A DNA stretch of 64,000 nt from Candidatus Melainabacteria bacterium 17Bon1m (GCA_032128875.1 JAVLKG010000015.1:28346-92345), one strand, 5' to 3'. Shown: positions 9,888 through 20,488, numbered from the stretch's first letter. Made by a program: numbers and translations. The notes: generated by a model from the sequence alone, not told the origin.

Positions 9888-11459
9888 CTAGCGGAAGAAG
9901 CGCTTTAGAGTGTCTTTTACTTCCTCTTCATAGGCCTGCTGACGAGCCGCTTTGATTTCGCCTTCATACGTCGCCAGGGTATTCGCATCAGCGACACTGA
10001 CGGCTTCTCCGCGGGCAATGCGCAGTGCCAAATCAAGTTGTGAGTCTGTTGCTGCAGTGCCGTCCCTTTTGCTGACGACATCCGGTGTAATTCCAACCCA
10101 ATCTAAAGCCTTGCCGCCAGCAAGGTACTCCATACAGATGAAGTTAGCCGCATAGCCATAAGGCAACCCGATAGTGCATTGTCCAACGCCCTTGCCTCGC
10201 GTCTGAGCCCCGACAACCACAGCACCTCGTTGTTGTTGAAGAATTCCAGCCATAGCCTCTGCGCCACTGGCGCTGAATTCGTCCACGATGACGACAATGC
10301 GACGATCAAGCGGGAAATGCAGGTCGAACTGCCTGCGATGGGCAGCAGTGTTTCCAGCCTCCTTTACCACCAGAGCATCCGTCTCCAAAACGAAGTCGGA
10401 GCGCACAATCTTGTCACCATCACGCATCATGACACTAGACAAATTGCCCTTCTCCAGAAGCAACTCACTGCTAAGAAGCACCGCATCGAAGCGACCACCG
10501 GGATTGCCGCGCAAGTCCACAATAAGGGCCTTTGCTGCGCAGTCTGCAACGCTTTCTGCTTCCAGTGTGGATGTTGTGCCGCACAGAACATCAATGGATT
10601 TATGCAGGTCATTCGCCACACGCATCGATTCGAAGTGGGAGATGCGCAGATAACCAACATCATCCAATTTCTTCTCGCTGGTTGTTTTAAAATCGACAAT
10701 TGCTCGGATCAACTCGAGGTCGATTTTTCCACCTTGTCGCAAAACAGAAAGTTTGACCGGTGTGCCTGGTTCACCTCTGATGAGATTAAGGACTTCATCT
10801 AGCGATTTACCAGCAACATCTTCACTGCCCACTTTGACTATCACATCACCTTTTTTCATGCCTCCCTTAAAAGCTGGAGTGCCTTCATCAGGTTCTGCGA
10901 TCACCACCAGTGGATTATCGCTTTCTATCAATGTTTGGCGCGCTCGGTCTAACTTCAGCAAAGCAATTAGCTGAGGCGTCGCGTGTTCTGGCAAGCGAAT
11001 TTGAGAATTGCTCCTTTCGCTCGCAGACAGGGGCATTGCAACACTGGCGCCTATACCTGCCAGTTGCCCCTTTTCGATGATCTCATTCTGCTCTACGGCA
11101 GAAGGAGTAAAGACGAAATCAAATCGCCCTTTCAGCGACAAAACCATCTCGCTGATTGCCTTTAACGTGCCTTCTTCTGTTTCCAGAGCGGACGTCCCAT
11201 CGAATTTATGCAACCACTTTTGCAAGAAGGCCTGACGGGCACCTCGATTTACTAATTCTCGATGCCGCTCAGCGACTGCTAATACCGTGCAGGTGTAAAG
11301 CGTTTTTCCGTTGAAGACCGCCTTCTTTGCAGTTTGACACTGCTCGAAAGCGCCTGCGCTTTTGGGACTTTCTGTTTTCAGATAGTGTGCGCCCAAAAGC
11401 AAGACTAAAAATCCCGCCAGAACCCAAAGTCCGTGCGGAAAAAACTTACTTGTTTTCAT
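9888..11459 (-). CDS. S41 family C-terminal processing protease (CtpA/Prc-like) with PDZ domain
   Basis: GIG..., PA.KGG.K.GD.I (PDZ), GYLRISHF, DLRGNPGG, SASGAE (Ser), RGKG (Lys), GITPDV; N-terminal signal/anchor; ATG 11459 with GAGGT RBS. Confidence 0.9.
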   Translation of the reverse strand: MKTSKFFPHGLWVLAGFLVLLLGAHYLKTESPKSAGAFEQCQTAKKAVFNGKTLYTCTVLAVAERHRELVNRGARQAFLQKWLHKFDGTSALETEEGTLKAISEMVLSLKGRFDFVFTPSAVEQNEIIEKGQLAGIGASVAMPLSASERSNSQIRLPEHATPQLIALLKLDRARQTLIESDNPLVVIAEPDEGTPAFKGGMKKGDVIVKVGSEDVAGKSLDEVLNLIRGEPGTPVKLSVLRQGGKIDLELIRAIVDFKTTSEKKLDDVGYLRISHFESMRVANDLHKSIDVLCGTTSTLEAESVADCAAKALIVDLRGNPGGRFDAVLLSSELLLEKGNLSSVMMRDGDKIVRSDFVLETDALVVKEAGNTAAHRRQFDLHFPLDRRIVVIVDEFSASGAEAMAGILQQQRGAVVVGAQTRGKGVGQCTIGLPYGYAANFICMEYLAGGKALDWVGITPDVVSKRDGTAATDSQLDLALRIARGEAVSVADANTLATYEGEIKAARQQAYEEEVKDTLKRFFR

Positions 11460-11572
11460 ATATGAGACCTCAAAATCAACAGCATTCAGCTGCAAAAAAG
11501 CACCGAGAACTTTTGATTAGCTCTCGATGCGTGAAAAATGTGCCAGCGGATTAAAACCGTTGTTGCGTAAAC

Positions 11573-12076
11573 TCAGGGCACATTCGCCGCGACATTGGTG
11601 GCGATGAATTGCTTGACCTCATCATCTGTTCGCAACGGTGGTGCGACATTGAGATCGTTGCCTTTGAAAACGTAGACCGGATATTGAAGACCGATCGCAG
11701 TTTTATTGATCTTCGCCAGCTCCGCTTGCTCCCTTTCGAGCCGCTCAGCGAAATCGACATTGTCCTTGCTGCTCATCTGGACAAATTTGACCTGCGCAAA
11801 TCCCTGACGCACTCTCGCCAGAACATCCTTGTCTGCCTTGCATTGCCCTGGTTTACACACCTGTATCAGAACATTGCTCGCATTATCCAGCTCTGCAGCA
11901 TAATCTGCCGGCGTCACCACTTTGATTTCGCCTCCAGTTGCCACAGGCTGTCTAACTCCGACAGGGCTTGAGTGCCCACGCCAAAAAGCAGATATCAGCC
12001 AGACACTGATAATTAGAAGGCACGCAACCACCTGTGCTGCGAGCGGGAGTCCACGAAAATACTTTCTTGATGCCAT
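11573..12076 (-). CDS. Membrane-anchored thioredoxin-fold-like protein
   Basis: N-terminal TM, then VLIQVCKPGQCK (CxxxxC variant), VKFVQM and YPVYVFKG resembling the Trx fold; AGGAG RBS. Confidence 0.55.
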   Translation of the reverse strand: MASRKYFRGLPLAAQVVACLLIISVWLISAFWRGHSSPVGVRQPVATGGEIKVVTPADYAAELDNASNVLIQVCKPGQCKADKDVLARVRQGFAQVKFVQMSSKDNVDFAERLEREQAELAKINKTAIGLQYPVYVFKGNDLNVAPPLRTDDEVKQFIATNVAANVP

Positions 12077-12121
12077 TTTTTTCTCCTGGTGTTTTGGAAA
12101 CTGCCGTTCGTTTGCAGCAGG

Positions 12122-12949
12122 TTAGACTTGCTCAGAATTGCCAGAAGTGGAAACTAGCTGTACTGCCTCGCATCGCTTAGATGTTTGCCAATAGCAATAC
12201 CAGAAGGACGCATAAAGCAGCGTCAAAAGAACACCGGTCGCTGTGCCTTGAGACTGTGCAATTGTGTCCCACAATCCATGCAAAAAGATGGCTGGAATCA
12301 CGCCCAATAACATCAGAAAAAATCTGTTGGTGCCCCGCATGAAGTAGGCGATACCGAGAGTGGCGCCCCAGAAAGAAGCATAAAGAGCGTGCAGAGGCAC
12401 ACGTATAAATGCTCCCAGGAAAAACGCCTCGGCAATCCCTGACTGAATTTGGACAAGATAGAGATTGTGGTAGATGTTTTCGTATGATGCAAAGCCCAAA
12501 GCCGCTGCACAAGCCAGAACTACACCCTCTCGAGGATGTTTGATAGCGTCAGGTGCCAAATATTTGATCACGATGAGGACAGCAGTCAGCTTAAGCAGCT
12601 CCTCCACCAGACCGGCACGCAAAACGAAGTACATGAGCACGTTTCCGGCGGAAACAGAAGCAAAGGTGTTATTTAGCGACTCAGCTACAGCGACAATTGC
12701 TGGAGCTATTAAGCAAGACATTGAAAAACTAAGAACGACAGGCCAAACCTTTCCGCCAGCAGCTTGCACCGAGCGTTTTGGCGCTTTGCGAAATTCGGTG
12801 AGTCGGCGCGGCAAGCAAAAAACAAATAGCCAGGCCACCGGAACTGCGATAGCAAGGGTACCGTACATCAAACCAATGTCTCTGCCTGCAAAAACAATGG
12901 TGACCAGCGCCAGAGCAATTGTCATAAGACGCAAATTTGTTTTACTCAT
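12122..12949 (-). CDS. PrsW family intramembrane protease
   Basis: VEELLK, GFASYEN, PLHALY and LHGLWD motifs, multiple TMs; ATG 12949 with AGGAG. Confidence 0.88.
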   Translation of the reverse strand: MSKTNLRLMTIALALVTIVFAGRDIGLMYGTLAIAVPVAWLFVFCLPRRLTEFRKAPKRSVQAAGGKVWPVVLSFSMSCLIAPAIVAVAESLNNTFASVSAGNVLMYFVLRAGLVEELLKLTAVLIVIKYLAPDAIKHPREGVVLACAAALGFASYENIYHNLYLVQIQSGIAEAFFLGAFIRVPLHALYASFWGATLGIAYFMRGTNRFFLMLLGVIPAIFLHGLWDTIAQSQGTATGVLLTLLYASFWYCYWQTSKRCEAVQLVSTSGNSEQV

Positions 12950-13697
12950 AAAAAACTCCTCTTGCCTAAGCAAGACTCAAGGTTGAATCAGTCGCAGACC
13001 CCTTGTCTCCACATCGACGCCCAAACCTCATGCCGCAATCGGCATTTAAAGCGTTCGAAACCGGGAAGCAGTGAAGTTAGGAAGGGCTCTTTGAATGAAA
13101 AGAATTGGAGAATTTGGTCCTGACGCTAGCAACAAACTATTGGCATAAACAACCAAAAGTTTTGTCACTCTTTTATATGACTGACATCATCAAAAGCAGA
13201 GCCAGTGCGCAAAATGCGGCTGTAGTGAAGTTCTCCATAGATTGGTTTGACTATTCAGGCCGGTCCTAAGGAATTTCATCGGACAGTTTCAACTAAGCGA
13301 AGTCTCCGTGCGCAGCAAACAACAGTCCCACCAAATTCCAGACAAGCGGCCCGATCCCGACATCGCGGCTAATCCATAGTCAAAACTCCAGCGGTCATTA
13401 CACTTTCAGCCCTCTCTCCCTGACAGGATTTGCTTCAGGTCTCGAATTCGACTGGAAAAGACGGCAAAGGGATCAACTCCACGCGTTTCTTAAGCCTGGA
13501 GACAAACTCACGGTCTCGTCTTTTTTAACGCATTTTGGACACGCTTATCCAATTCGTCAAGGCTGGCAATAAGCTCAAATCATCCAAAGTGACGCGGCTT
13601 CAGGTAAGGAGAATTACTTCTGCCAAAAACCGGGAAAGACAAATCTGCACTTCCCTTATAATGAGATGTCCGTCTGCGCATGCCGTAGAGAATCAAT

Positions 13698-15170
13698 TTG
13701 AATTTCTTACTCAATCTCGAATATCTTCCGCGCCTACCACTGAATAAGCGCTTATCGAAGGCATTGCGCAAAGCAATCGAAGAAGGCAGATTGAGGCCAG
13801 GCGACGCCCTTCCATCAACCAGAGACCTGGCGACCAATCTCAAGATATCTCGCTCCACAATTCTGTCTGCAATGGAAGAATTAGTCGAAGAAGGCTTGAT
13901 CATTGCATTGCCTGGTTCTGGCTACTACGTGAAAGAAACGGATATCGTAGAAGATTTCCAGCCGAGTCTAAATTCTGAATTTACCAAACCGCTCAGGTTG
14001 AGCGAGTTTGCTAAACGAGTCCGCGATGTACACGCTGAGATGCAAACGCGCTGGTTGGAAAAGTTGCCTGATATTAATTATGGAACCATACCTAGCACCC
14101 TGACACCGCATAAAGAATGGGAAAGAATGATGCGGCGCTATTGCCGGGCGACTGACATCGACACCCTCACGCCAACCATTCAACCGTTCGGTTATCCGCC
14201 CTTACGAGAAGCAGTTGCAGCGTATCTCCATCGAGCCCGCGCCGTAAAATGCGACAACAGGCAGGTCGCTATTTTTTCTTCCAAACAATTACGCTTGGAA
14301 TTGATCACGAGAATTTTGATAAATCCAGGAGACTATGTGGCTTTTGAAGAGCCGGCTTACGCAGAAGCGAAGTATCTTCTCAAAGCGCATGGCGCAATAA
14401 TTCGCCCAGTGGCTACGGACGAGCAGGGTCTTGTAGTGGACGAACTTTTCAAAGATGCTACGCCCGTCAAAATGATTTATGTAACTCCATCTCACCAGGA
14501 TCCAACCGGTTCTGTAATGTCTCTGGAAAGGCGCAAGAAACTGCTCCATTGGGCTTACAAAACCGGCACGATAATCATTGAAGACGATTATGACTGCGAG
14601 TACAGGTACGGCAAAAAAAGTCTTCCCTCCCTTCAAGCCCTGGACGAATTCGATAACGTCATCTATTTGGCCTCGATTTGGAAGTCTCTTTCATTAGTCG
14701 GTTTTGGTTTTACAGTCTTTCCACGACGCCTGGCAGACGTGGCACAAATGGCAAAAATGGAAATGGAAAAATACTTGCCGGTCGCCGAGCAAGTTGCGCT
14801 TACAGACTTGATTAATGAGGGTCATCTGGAAAAATATTTGCGCAAATCACAAGCAAAACTGGCATTGCGAAGACAGGAGATGATTTTGGCTCTGGCCAAA
14901 TATTTCAAGAATCGACTCAGTCTTTTTTCGGAAGGAGCCGGAACGCACCTGGTAGTGCGGTTTATCAGCACCAGCGAAAACCTAGTGGTAGAAACGGCAA
15001 AAGTCGCAGGAATCAGCATCATGAGTACTGCATCCTATTACGAAGAGTCGCCTCGGCAAGGGGAATTCATGCTTCCCTTCGCCTGCTATCAGAACGCAGA
15101 AGTGGACACACGTGTCAAGAAATGGGCTGATGAATTGAAAAAACGGTTAGCAAAACATGCCACTAACTAA
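13698..15170 (+). CDS. MocR/GabR family regulator (GntR wHTH + aminotransferase-like domain)
   Basis: LPSTRDLA..LKISRSTI wHTH; GYPPLREAVA; YVTPSHQDPTG; IIEDDYDCEYRY. Confidence 0.93.
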   Translation: MNFLLNLEYLPRLPLNKRLSKALRKAIEEGRLRPGDALPSTRDLATNLKISRSTILSAMEELVEEGLIIALPGSGYYVKETDIVEDFQPSLNSEFTKPLRLSEFAKRVRDVHAEMQTRWLEKLPDINYGTIPSTLTPHKEWERMMRRYCRATDIDTLTPTIQPFGYPPLREAVAAYLHRARAVKCDNRQVAIFSSKQLRLELITRILINPGDYVAFEEPAYAEAKYLLKAHGAIIRPVATDEQGLVVDELFKDATPVKMIYVTPSHQDPTGSVMSLERRKKLLHWAYKTGTIIIEDDYDCEYRYGKKSLPSLQALDEFDNVIYLASIWKSLSLVGFGFTVFPRRLADVAQMAKMEMEKYLPVAEQVALTDLINEGHLEKYLRKSQAKLALRRQEMILALAKYFKNRLSLFSEGAGTHLVVRFISTSENLVVETAKVAGISIMSTASYYEESPRQGEFMLPFACYQNAEVDTRVKKWADELKKRLAKHATN

Positions 15171-16614
15171 CTTAGACTTGCAACTAGATCCGTTTTCAAA
15201 GATTCCTCTCGGTCGCCAACTGACCGACAAACTGCGTCGAGCTATCATCGAAGAGCAAATTGCCTCAGGCAGCGTGCTGCCGTCAATCAGAACGCTTGCA
15301 ACCAAGCTAAATGTTTCGCGCTCTACAGTAATGAGATGCTACGAGGAGTTAGCGGGTCAGGGATATATCTCAATCACCCCAGGCTCAAACACTTCGGTCT
15401 GCAAACGCATGCCTGGCGAGTTAGAGAAAAAGCATTCGCCGCTCGAACTCGAACCGAATGAGAATTTCACACCTCCTGCACTTTCGCACTACGCCGAAAA
15501 ACTTCTCTTTGCGGCGCGCGAAGCCCCCGCGCAATCAAAATTCTTTCTCAACTACGGAGGACCGCCTTTAGATACGGCTCCCGTAGATCGATGGCGTGAG
15601 CTTATAGGCATTCACATAAAGAAGAAGCAAAGCCCACACTGCTCATCCGCTGGATATTTACCGCTGCGAAAAGTCTACAGCGATTATCTTTCGCGCACAC
15701 GCGCAATAAGATGCGACATATCGCAAGTTTTTGTTTTTACGGCCCGAGAACTGCGCCTGGATTTGCTGTGCCGCTTGCTGTTGGAGCCCGGTGATGCTGT
15801 GGCCGTTGAAAATCCTGGATACCCTGGCGCGAGGCAACGTTTTGCCGTGCATGGAGCAAAAATTGTGCCTATTCCGGTGGACTACCAGGGACTGGATACA
15901 GATTATCTAGCTAATTTGAAAGAAGACATCAAGATGGTTTATTTGACGCCATCTCACCACGAGCCTACCGGTGTAGTCATGCCGGCAAGTAGAAGAAAAA
16001 AACTGCTCAGTTGGGCGGAATCGAGGGGCGCAATCATTGTTGAGGATGACTACGACTCAGAATTTCGCTACGACTCGAGACCAATTGCATCTCTGATGAG
16101 TATGGATGAATCGGACTCCGTGGTCCATATTTCATGCCTCTGGAAAACACTATCTCCCGTTTCGAAATTGGGATTCATGATAGTGCCAAAACGCTTGTCA
16201 CACATCCTAGCTTGTGCGAAAGCTCTTGTAGAGCGCGAAACACCACCACTTGAAACTTTGGTGCTTACTGACTTTATCAAGACCGGCAATCTGGAGAGGA
16301 TCATCAGCAAAAATCGCAAAATCTACGAATCGCGAAGAAGCTCTCTAGTCAACGCACTGAAGACCGCCTTTGCCGAAAAAATTACCATGTCATCCGAAAG
16401 TGCAGGCATGGACCTTTTCGTCCGGCTCGATTGCCCCCTTCTTGAAATTGAAATTCTAAAAATGGCGCAGAAGGCAGAATTACCGATAGTGAGCGCTGCA
16501 CCTTATTACGTCGACACGCCACCCGGCAAGGAATTTATCATTCCTTTCTCTGAAATTCCGGAGCAGGTAGTGGAAGAAAAAGTCAAAAATTGGGTCAAGC
16601 TCTTACAAATGTAA
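15157..16614 (+). CDS. MocR/GabR family regulator (second tandem paralog)
   Basis: LPSIRTLA..LNVSRSTV; YLTPSHHEPTG; IVEDDYDSEFRY; overlaps the upstream paralog by 14 bp. Confidence 0.93.
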   Translation: MPLTNLDLQLDPFSKIPLGRQLTDKLRRAIIEEQIASGSVLPSIRTLATKLNVSRSTVMRCYEELAGQGYISITPGSNTSVCKRMPGELEKKHSPLELEPNENFTPPALSHYAEKLLFAAREAPAQSKFFLNYGGPPLDTAPVDRWRELIGIHIKKKQSPHCSSAGYLPLRKVYSDYLSRTRAIRCDISQVFVFTARELRLDLLCRLLLEPGDAVAVENPGYPGARQRFAVHGAKIVPIPVDYQGLDTDYLANLKEDIKMVYLTPSHHEPTGVVMPASRRKKLLSWAESRGAIIVEDDYDSEFRYDSRPIASLMSMDESDSVVHISCLWKTLSPVSKLGFMIVPKRLSHILACAKALVERETPPLETLVLTDFIKTGNLERIISKNRKIYESRRSSLVNALKTAFAEKITMSSESAGMDLFVRLDCPLLEIEILKMAQKAELPIVSAAPYYVDTPPGKEFIIPFSEIPEQVVEEKVKNWVKLLQM

Positions 16615-17030
16615 CAGCAGGCGAGCGTGCCTTTCATGAAAGTATAGATTGCCTTACAAAGCGGCACACGATTTCTCGCAAAAGCGGCCTCGATGGGTTC
16701 GACTTGGAATCTGTATTCGCCCCGCAAAACACTGTGAATACGGGCGTTGCGAGCAAATCACGCAGCAAGCCAAGTGAAATAATCTGCCACCGCAGGAAAA
16801 AGACTGGTGTCGGTATCACCGTCTGTGATACCGCTCTGGTGCAGGTTTGAGAGGAGTAGACAAAATGCATATTACTGAGATCCTCGGTTTTGCTTATATA
16901 TTCTTTGCTGCAATTTTTTGCTTTATTCTCACAACTCGAACATAAACCACCAAACTAGAAGGTCTGATATGGAAATTGTCGATGTAATGGAATACATTGG
17001 TGTCGCAAATCTAGTCGTCATCTTTTTTCT

Positions 17031-18203
17031 GTGGTTAACAGTAATCCGATATCAATAATCGAAAAAAGAACTCGCGTTGTTGCAAGCACGTTTATAGCCG
17101 CAAGCACCACGATGTTTTTGTTGGGCTCTGCGGCTTTCTCGTGTGCGCAGTGCGGCCACGGATTTGACGCGCTGAGTAAGGGTCAAATTGCAAAAGCGAT
17201 TCGACAGTTCAACACCGTAATTCGGGCAAATCCAAGCTGCTCACAAGCTTATTTGGGCATGGGCGAAGCATTTATTGAACTAAGAAAATATGATGTTGCG
17301 AAAGACCAACTCGACCGCGCTCTGGCTCTTGATCCTCGCTCATTCCGCGCCTACTATTTAAGAGCCCGAGCCAATCAAGAATTGAAAAATCCTAAGGCTG
17401 CGCTAGCAGATGCGTCTATCGCGATAAAACTCAATTCAAAGTTTGCTCCAGCATATGCGCTTCGCGCAAAGGCTTACTACGAACTTGTCTACATTTGTTT
17501 TAGTAATGACCAGGGTTATACAAAACTTGGACTTGCTGATCTGGATAAAGCAATGGAGCTGGACCCCTCATTCGCCGAAGGATTTAAAAGTAAAGGGATT
17601 TGGCTATTGAGCGAGAAAAAGCACAAAGAAGCTCTCAAATTTCTCGACCGCGCTATACAACTTTCGCCACAAGACTCATCGATTTACGGTTACAGGTCTA
17701 TGGTTTATTCCGAAATCGGAAACTATCCAAAAGCGCTGGCAGACCTGAATAGCCTTGTGCGAATGCGCCCCAACAACAGAATTAGTTTGATGAGGCGCTC
17801 CGACCTTTACTTTCTAATGGGTGATCAAAAGCACGGCTTGGAAGATTTGAGCACCGCTATTTCTATCAATCCAAAAGACTCATCACTGAGAAATTTACGA
17901 GCCTCCGCCTACACAAAGTTGAACCGATTTCCAGAAGCTTTAGCCGACTACTTGGTTGTTGCAAAAAATAATGCGCTGGATGATGAAGCCTACAAGCACA
18001 TTGGCGATGTCTATTTCAAAATGGCGAAATACTCGTTGAGCTTTGAGAATTACAGTAAAGCAATCGAACTAAGGCCTGACTCCCCTGCAAATTACGAAGC
18101 ACGCAGTATTGCACTAGAAAAACTCGGACGCTTCAAGGAAGCAGCAAAAGATCGGCAATGCGCTCGTGATGCGAAGGATGCGCCAGCCGAGAAACGCCTT
18201 TAA
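17031..18203 (+). CDS. Secreted/anchored tetratricopeptide repeat protein
   Basis: Many 34-aa TPR units (AYLGMG, AYYLRA, A.ADL..AI.L.P) after an N-terminal hydrophobic segment; start uncertain. Confidence 0.88.
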   Translation: MVNSNPISIIEKRTRVVASTFIAASTTMFLLGSAAFSCAQCGHGFDALSKGQIAKAIRQFNTVIRANPSCSQAYLGMGEAFIELRKYDVAKDQLDRALALDPRSFRAYYLRARANQELKNPKAALADASIAIKLNSKFAPAYALRAKAYYELVYICFSNDQGYTKLGLADLDKAMELDPSFAEGFKSKGIWLLSEKKHKEALKFLDRAIQLSPQDSSIYGYRSMVYSEIGNYPKALADLNSLVRMRPNNRISLMRRSDLYFLMGDQKHGLEDLSTAISINPKDSSLRNLRASAYTKLNRFPEALADYLVVAKNNALDDEAYKHIGDVYFKMAKYSLSFENYSKAIELRPDSPANYEARSIALEKLGRFKEAAKDRQCARDAKDAPAEKRL

Positions 18204-18378
18204 GAGTCGCTGATTTACATGTCTATAGCCCATAGTTCGCCCTTAGGTTGCAAATGAATATAACGCGACAACGCGGATCAAACCAGTCCTATTACTTCGG
18301 ATAGTATTATGCAGATAAGAGGAAAAACCCGAGGAGGGCGACTTGCACCGCACTCCCCGAGCCTTTCAAGCTGCGTTG

Positions 18379-19260
18379 TTAGGCAGCCTTCGCGACCTTG
18401 CCGACGTCCTGCGGGCGCGGCGCGAACCGGTTGCGGACGAGACGTTCGACGACCGTGTCAGCCAGGCGAGCGAAGGTGAACTTCGTTTCGCCGGCAGCGA
18501 TCATCGCTTCGAGTTGCGGACGATACCAGAGAATGGCTTCGTCCGTTTCGCGATCGACATCGGGAATCGTCTCATGAGCTTCCATGCAGAGGTCCAGATA
18601 TTCCTGAACATCCAGCGTGGCGCCCGTGAGATCGATAGCCTTGCCGCCGGCGTCCTGCTCGAGCGGGTAGAACCCGAGCGAGAGGTACTTGACGGGCGAA
18701 CCTTTGCAGGGCTCTCCATCTTTGTCGACAGTCGGCATGCCGGACTGCCAGTAGACCGGCAGGCGACCGAACGAGTCGTGCAGCACGTAGAGACCCATGC
18801 GAGCCCACAGCACTTCACGATCTTCGGTAGCCAGACCGGCGGCGGCATCAGCCTTGAGCTGCTCCCAGGACATCTTCGAGCGGTCGTTGAACTCCATGAA
18901 GACGTATTTGGCACCGGTCTTACGCCAGTCGTCCGTCGCGATGCGAAGGAGCTGACGGAAGTTGGTGTAGCAGCGGGCTTCCGGAGTCAACCAGATGTGT
19001 TCGCCCCAGATGAAGCGACCACGGACCTGGTACTGGATGCCGCCTAGCACTTCGCCGTTCTCAGAGAGAAGGGCGAGCATGTGCCAGTCGAACGAGTCAT
19101 CGGCGAAGTAGCCTTTGTAGGTGTCGGCGTCTTCGCGCTCGTCTTCATCAGGAAACGCGGCTTCAAAGCCAGGCATGTAGGCGTCGAACATCGGCGCGAA
19201 TTGATCCGACTTGCCACGGAAAAGGGCACGCAGGTCGACATAGTTCTTGATCAGTTCCAT
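18379..19260 (-). CDS. Hypothetical protein, probable GNAT-fold acetyltransferase
   Basis: F..AFP..DERE, GEVLGG, HIWLTPEAR, YVFME, LWARMG and YWQ pattern resembling GNAT-like families; strong C/G third-position bias; hairpin + U-tract at about 18322-18362. Confidence 0.65.
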   Translation of the reverse strand: MELIKNYVDLRALFRGKSDQFAPMFDAYMPGFEAAFPDEDEREDADTYKGYFADDSFDWHMLALLSENGEVLGGIQYQVRGRFIWGEHIWLTPEARCYTNFRQLLRIATDDWRKTGAKYVFMEFNDRSKMSWEQLKADAAAGLATEDREVLWARMGLYVLHDSFGRLPVYWQSGMPTVDKDGEPCKGSPVKYLSLGFYPLEQDAGGKAIDLTGATLDVQEYLDLCMEAHETIPDVDRETDEAILWYRPQLEAMIAAGETKFTFARLADTVVERLVRNRFAPRPQDVGKVAKAA

Positions 19261-19747
19261 TCTCTTGTTCCTTGCCTAGATTAAAGAAGCCCATTCAGTC
19301 CAACCTGCCGTGGTCTCACCTCTTGCATAGCTGCGCTTACCTTTCAGCCCTCAAACTGCGATTGCATGTGCAAACGCGCGGCGATAGTCGCGAGGGTTTG
19401 AGTAAGCTTAAGTGCAAGGTTCAGCTATTTAGGAGGGTTGATACTTTCGGAAGATTCATGAGATGGGTACTTAGTACTAACACTGAAAGCTCGGAAATAC
19501 CAAGTTTTAGAGAGTTTCCAGGAAAAGCAATCTTGGTCTCTAATCCCGCCGTTATTGAGCGTTTTCGCACTTCTTTTAAAACACGGAACACGCACAGCAC
19601 TGAGCACAGTGGGGAAATCCCCCTCTCATTTGCCACTGCGCGAGCTCAGATAACCGATTTCTCATAAAGCAAAAAGCGCTCTGGCCATTTGAAAACGGCC
19701 CAGCGAAAGTTATGACGCAGCAGTGCACAAGGTTCATTTTCAGCACA

Positions 19748-19773
19748 AAAACGGCCCCGATGGGGGCCGTTTT
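19748..19773. terminator. Bidirectional intrinsic terminator-like hairpin
   Basis: AAAACGGCCCC-gatg-GGGGCCGTTTT, downstream of the minus-strand Csp-like gene. Confidence 0.7.
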
Positions 19774-19814
19774 GAGTGCAATATCTTTGATTTCAATGAA
19801 AACTCAAAGGTGAA

Positions 19815-20234
19815 TTATTTAGTCGGGCTGCCGGCGCTGGCAACCTTCTGCATATTGCTTGCAGTTTTACGGCATTCATTTGCTGTTGCGAGCATTTTGT
19901 CGTCGTTTTTAAATGACTCGCATGTTTTGGCAGCTTCTATGCAAGCTTTTGCTGCTGTTGAATAAGCTTCTTTTGCATATGCTGAATTACGCGCGCTGAA
20001 TTCTGAAGCCGTTTTGCAGGCGGTAATGCAGTCCTTAATTACGTTCGTGGTTGCTGCCTCACCGTATCTACCTTTCTTATCAGTGCAGTATTTAAGTGTC
20101 GCTTCGCACCGCTCTGCACAAGCACGTGCATTGCCGAGTGAGATTTGCTCAGTAGTTTGGGCAAACGCTGCATAAGTGAATCCGGCGGACAGCATGCTAC
20201 ACGCGGCAAGCGTGATAATTGATTTCTTTACCAT
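19815..20234 (-). CDS. Four-helix-bundle copper-binding protein (Csp/DUF326-like), exported
   Basis: CxxxC patterns (CAERC, CITAC) in helical segments; Sec-type signal ending AFA-Q; AGGAGGAG RBS. Confidence 0.75.
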   Translation of the reverse strand: MVKKSIITLAACSMLSAGFTYAAFAQTTEQISLGNARACAERCEATLKYCTDKKGRYGEAATTNVIKDCITACKTASEFSARNSAYAKEAYSTAAKACIEAAKTCESFKNDDKMLATANECRKTASNMQKVASAGSPTK

Positions 20235-20488
20235 AACTCCTCCTTGTTATGGAGCTGTCTGTGATTCTTCGCCAACCGGTAAAACCCGCATAGATTCCCG
20301 CTTAGAAGCACTTCCGGCCCCGTATTTCTCTTATAAAAAAGTGTGTGCAACAGGTTGGTGACGGAGCGCCGTCCTGAAAGTGCCCGCTGTGAAAAAAATA
20401 TTCACGGGAACTTTGCTTAGGTCGCTGGGTCTTAACCCGTGTCGGGAGTCCGGCAAACGAAATTTCATGAGGAAAGAGGGACAATAAC

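Noticed and set aside
16634-16870. 78-aa minus-strand ORF between MocR and the TPR gene
   Set aside because: No clear RBS, motif or codon signal.
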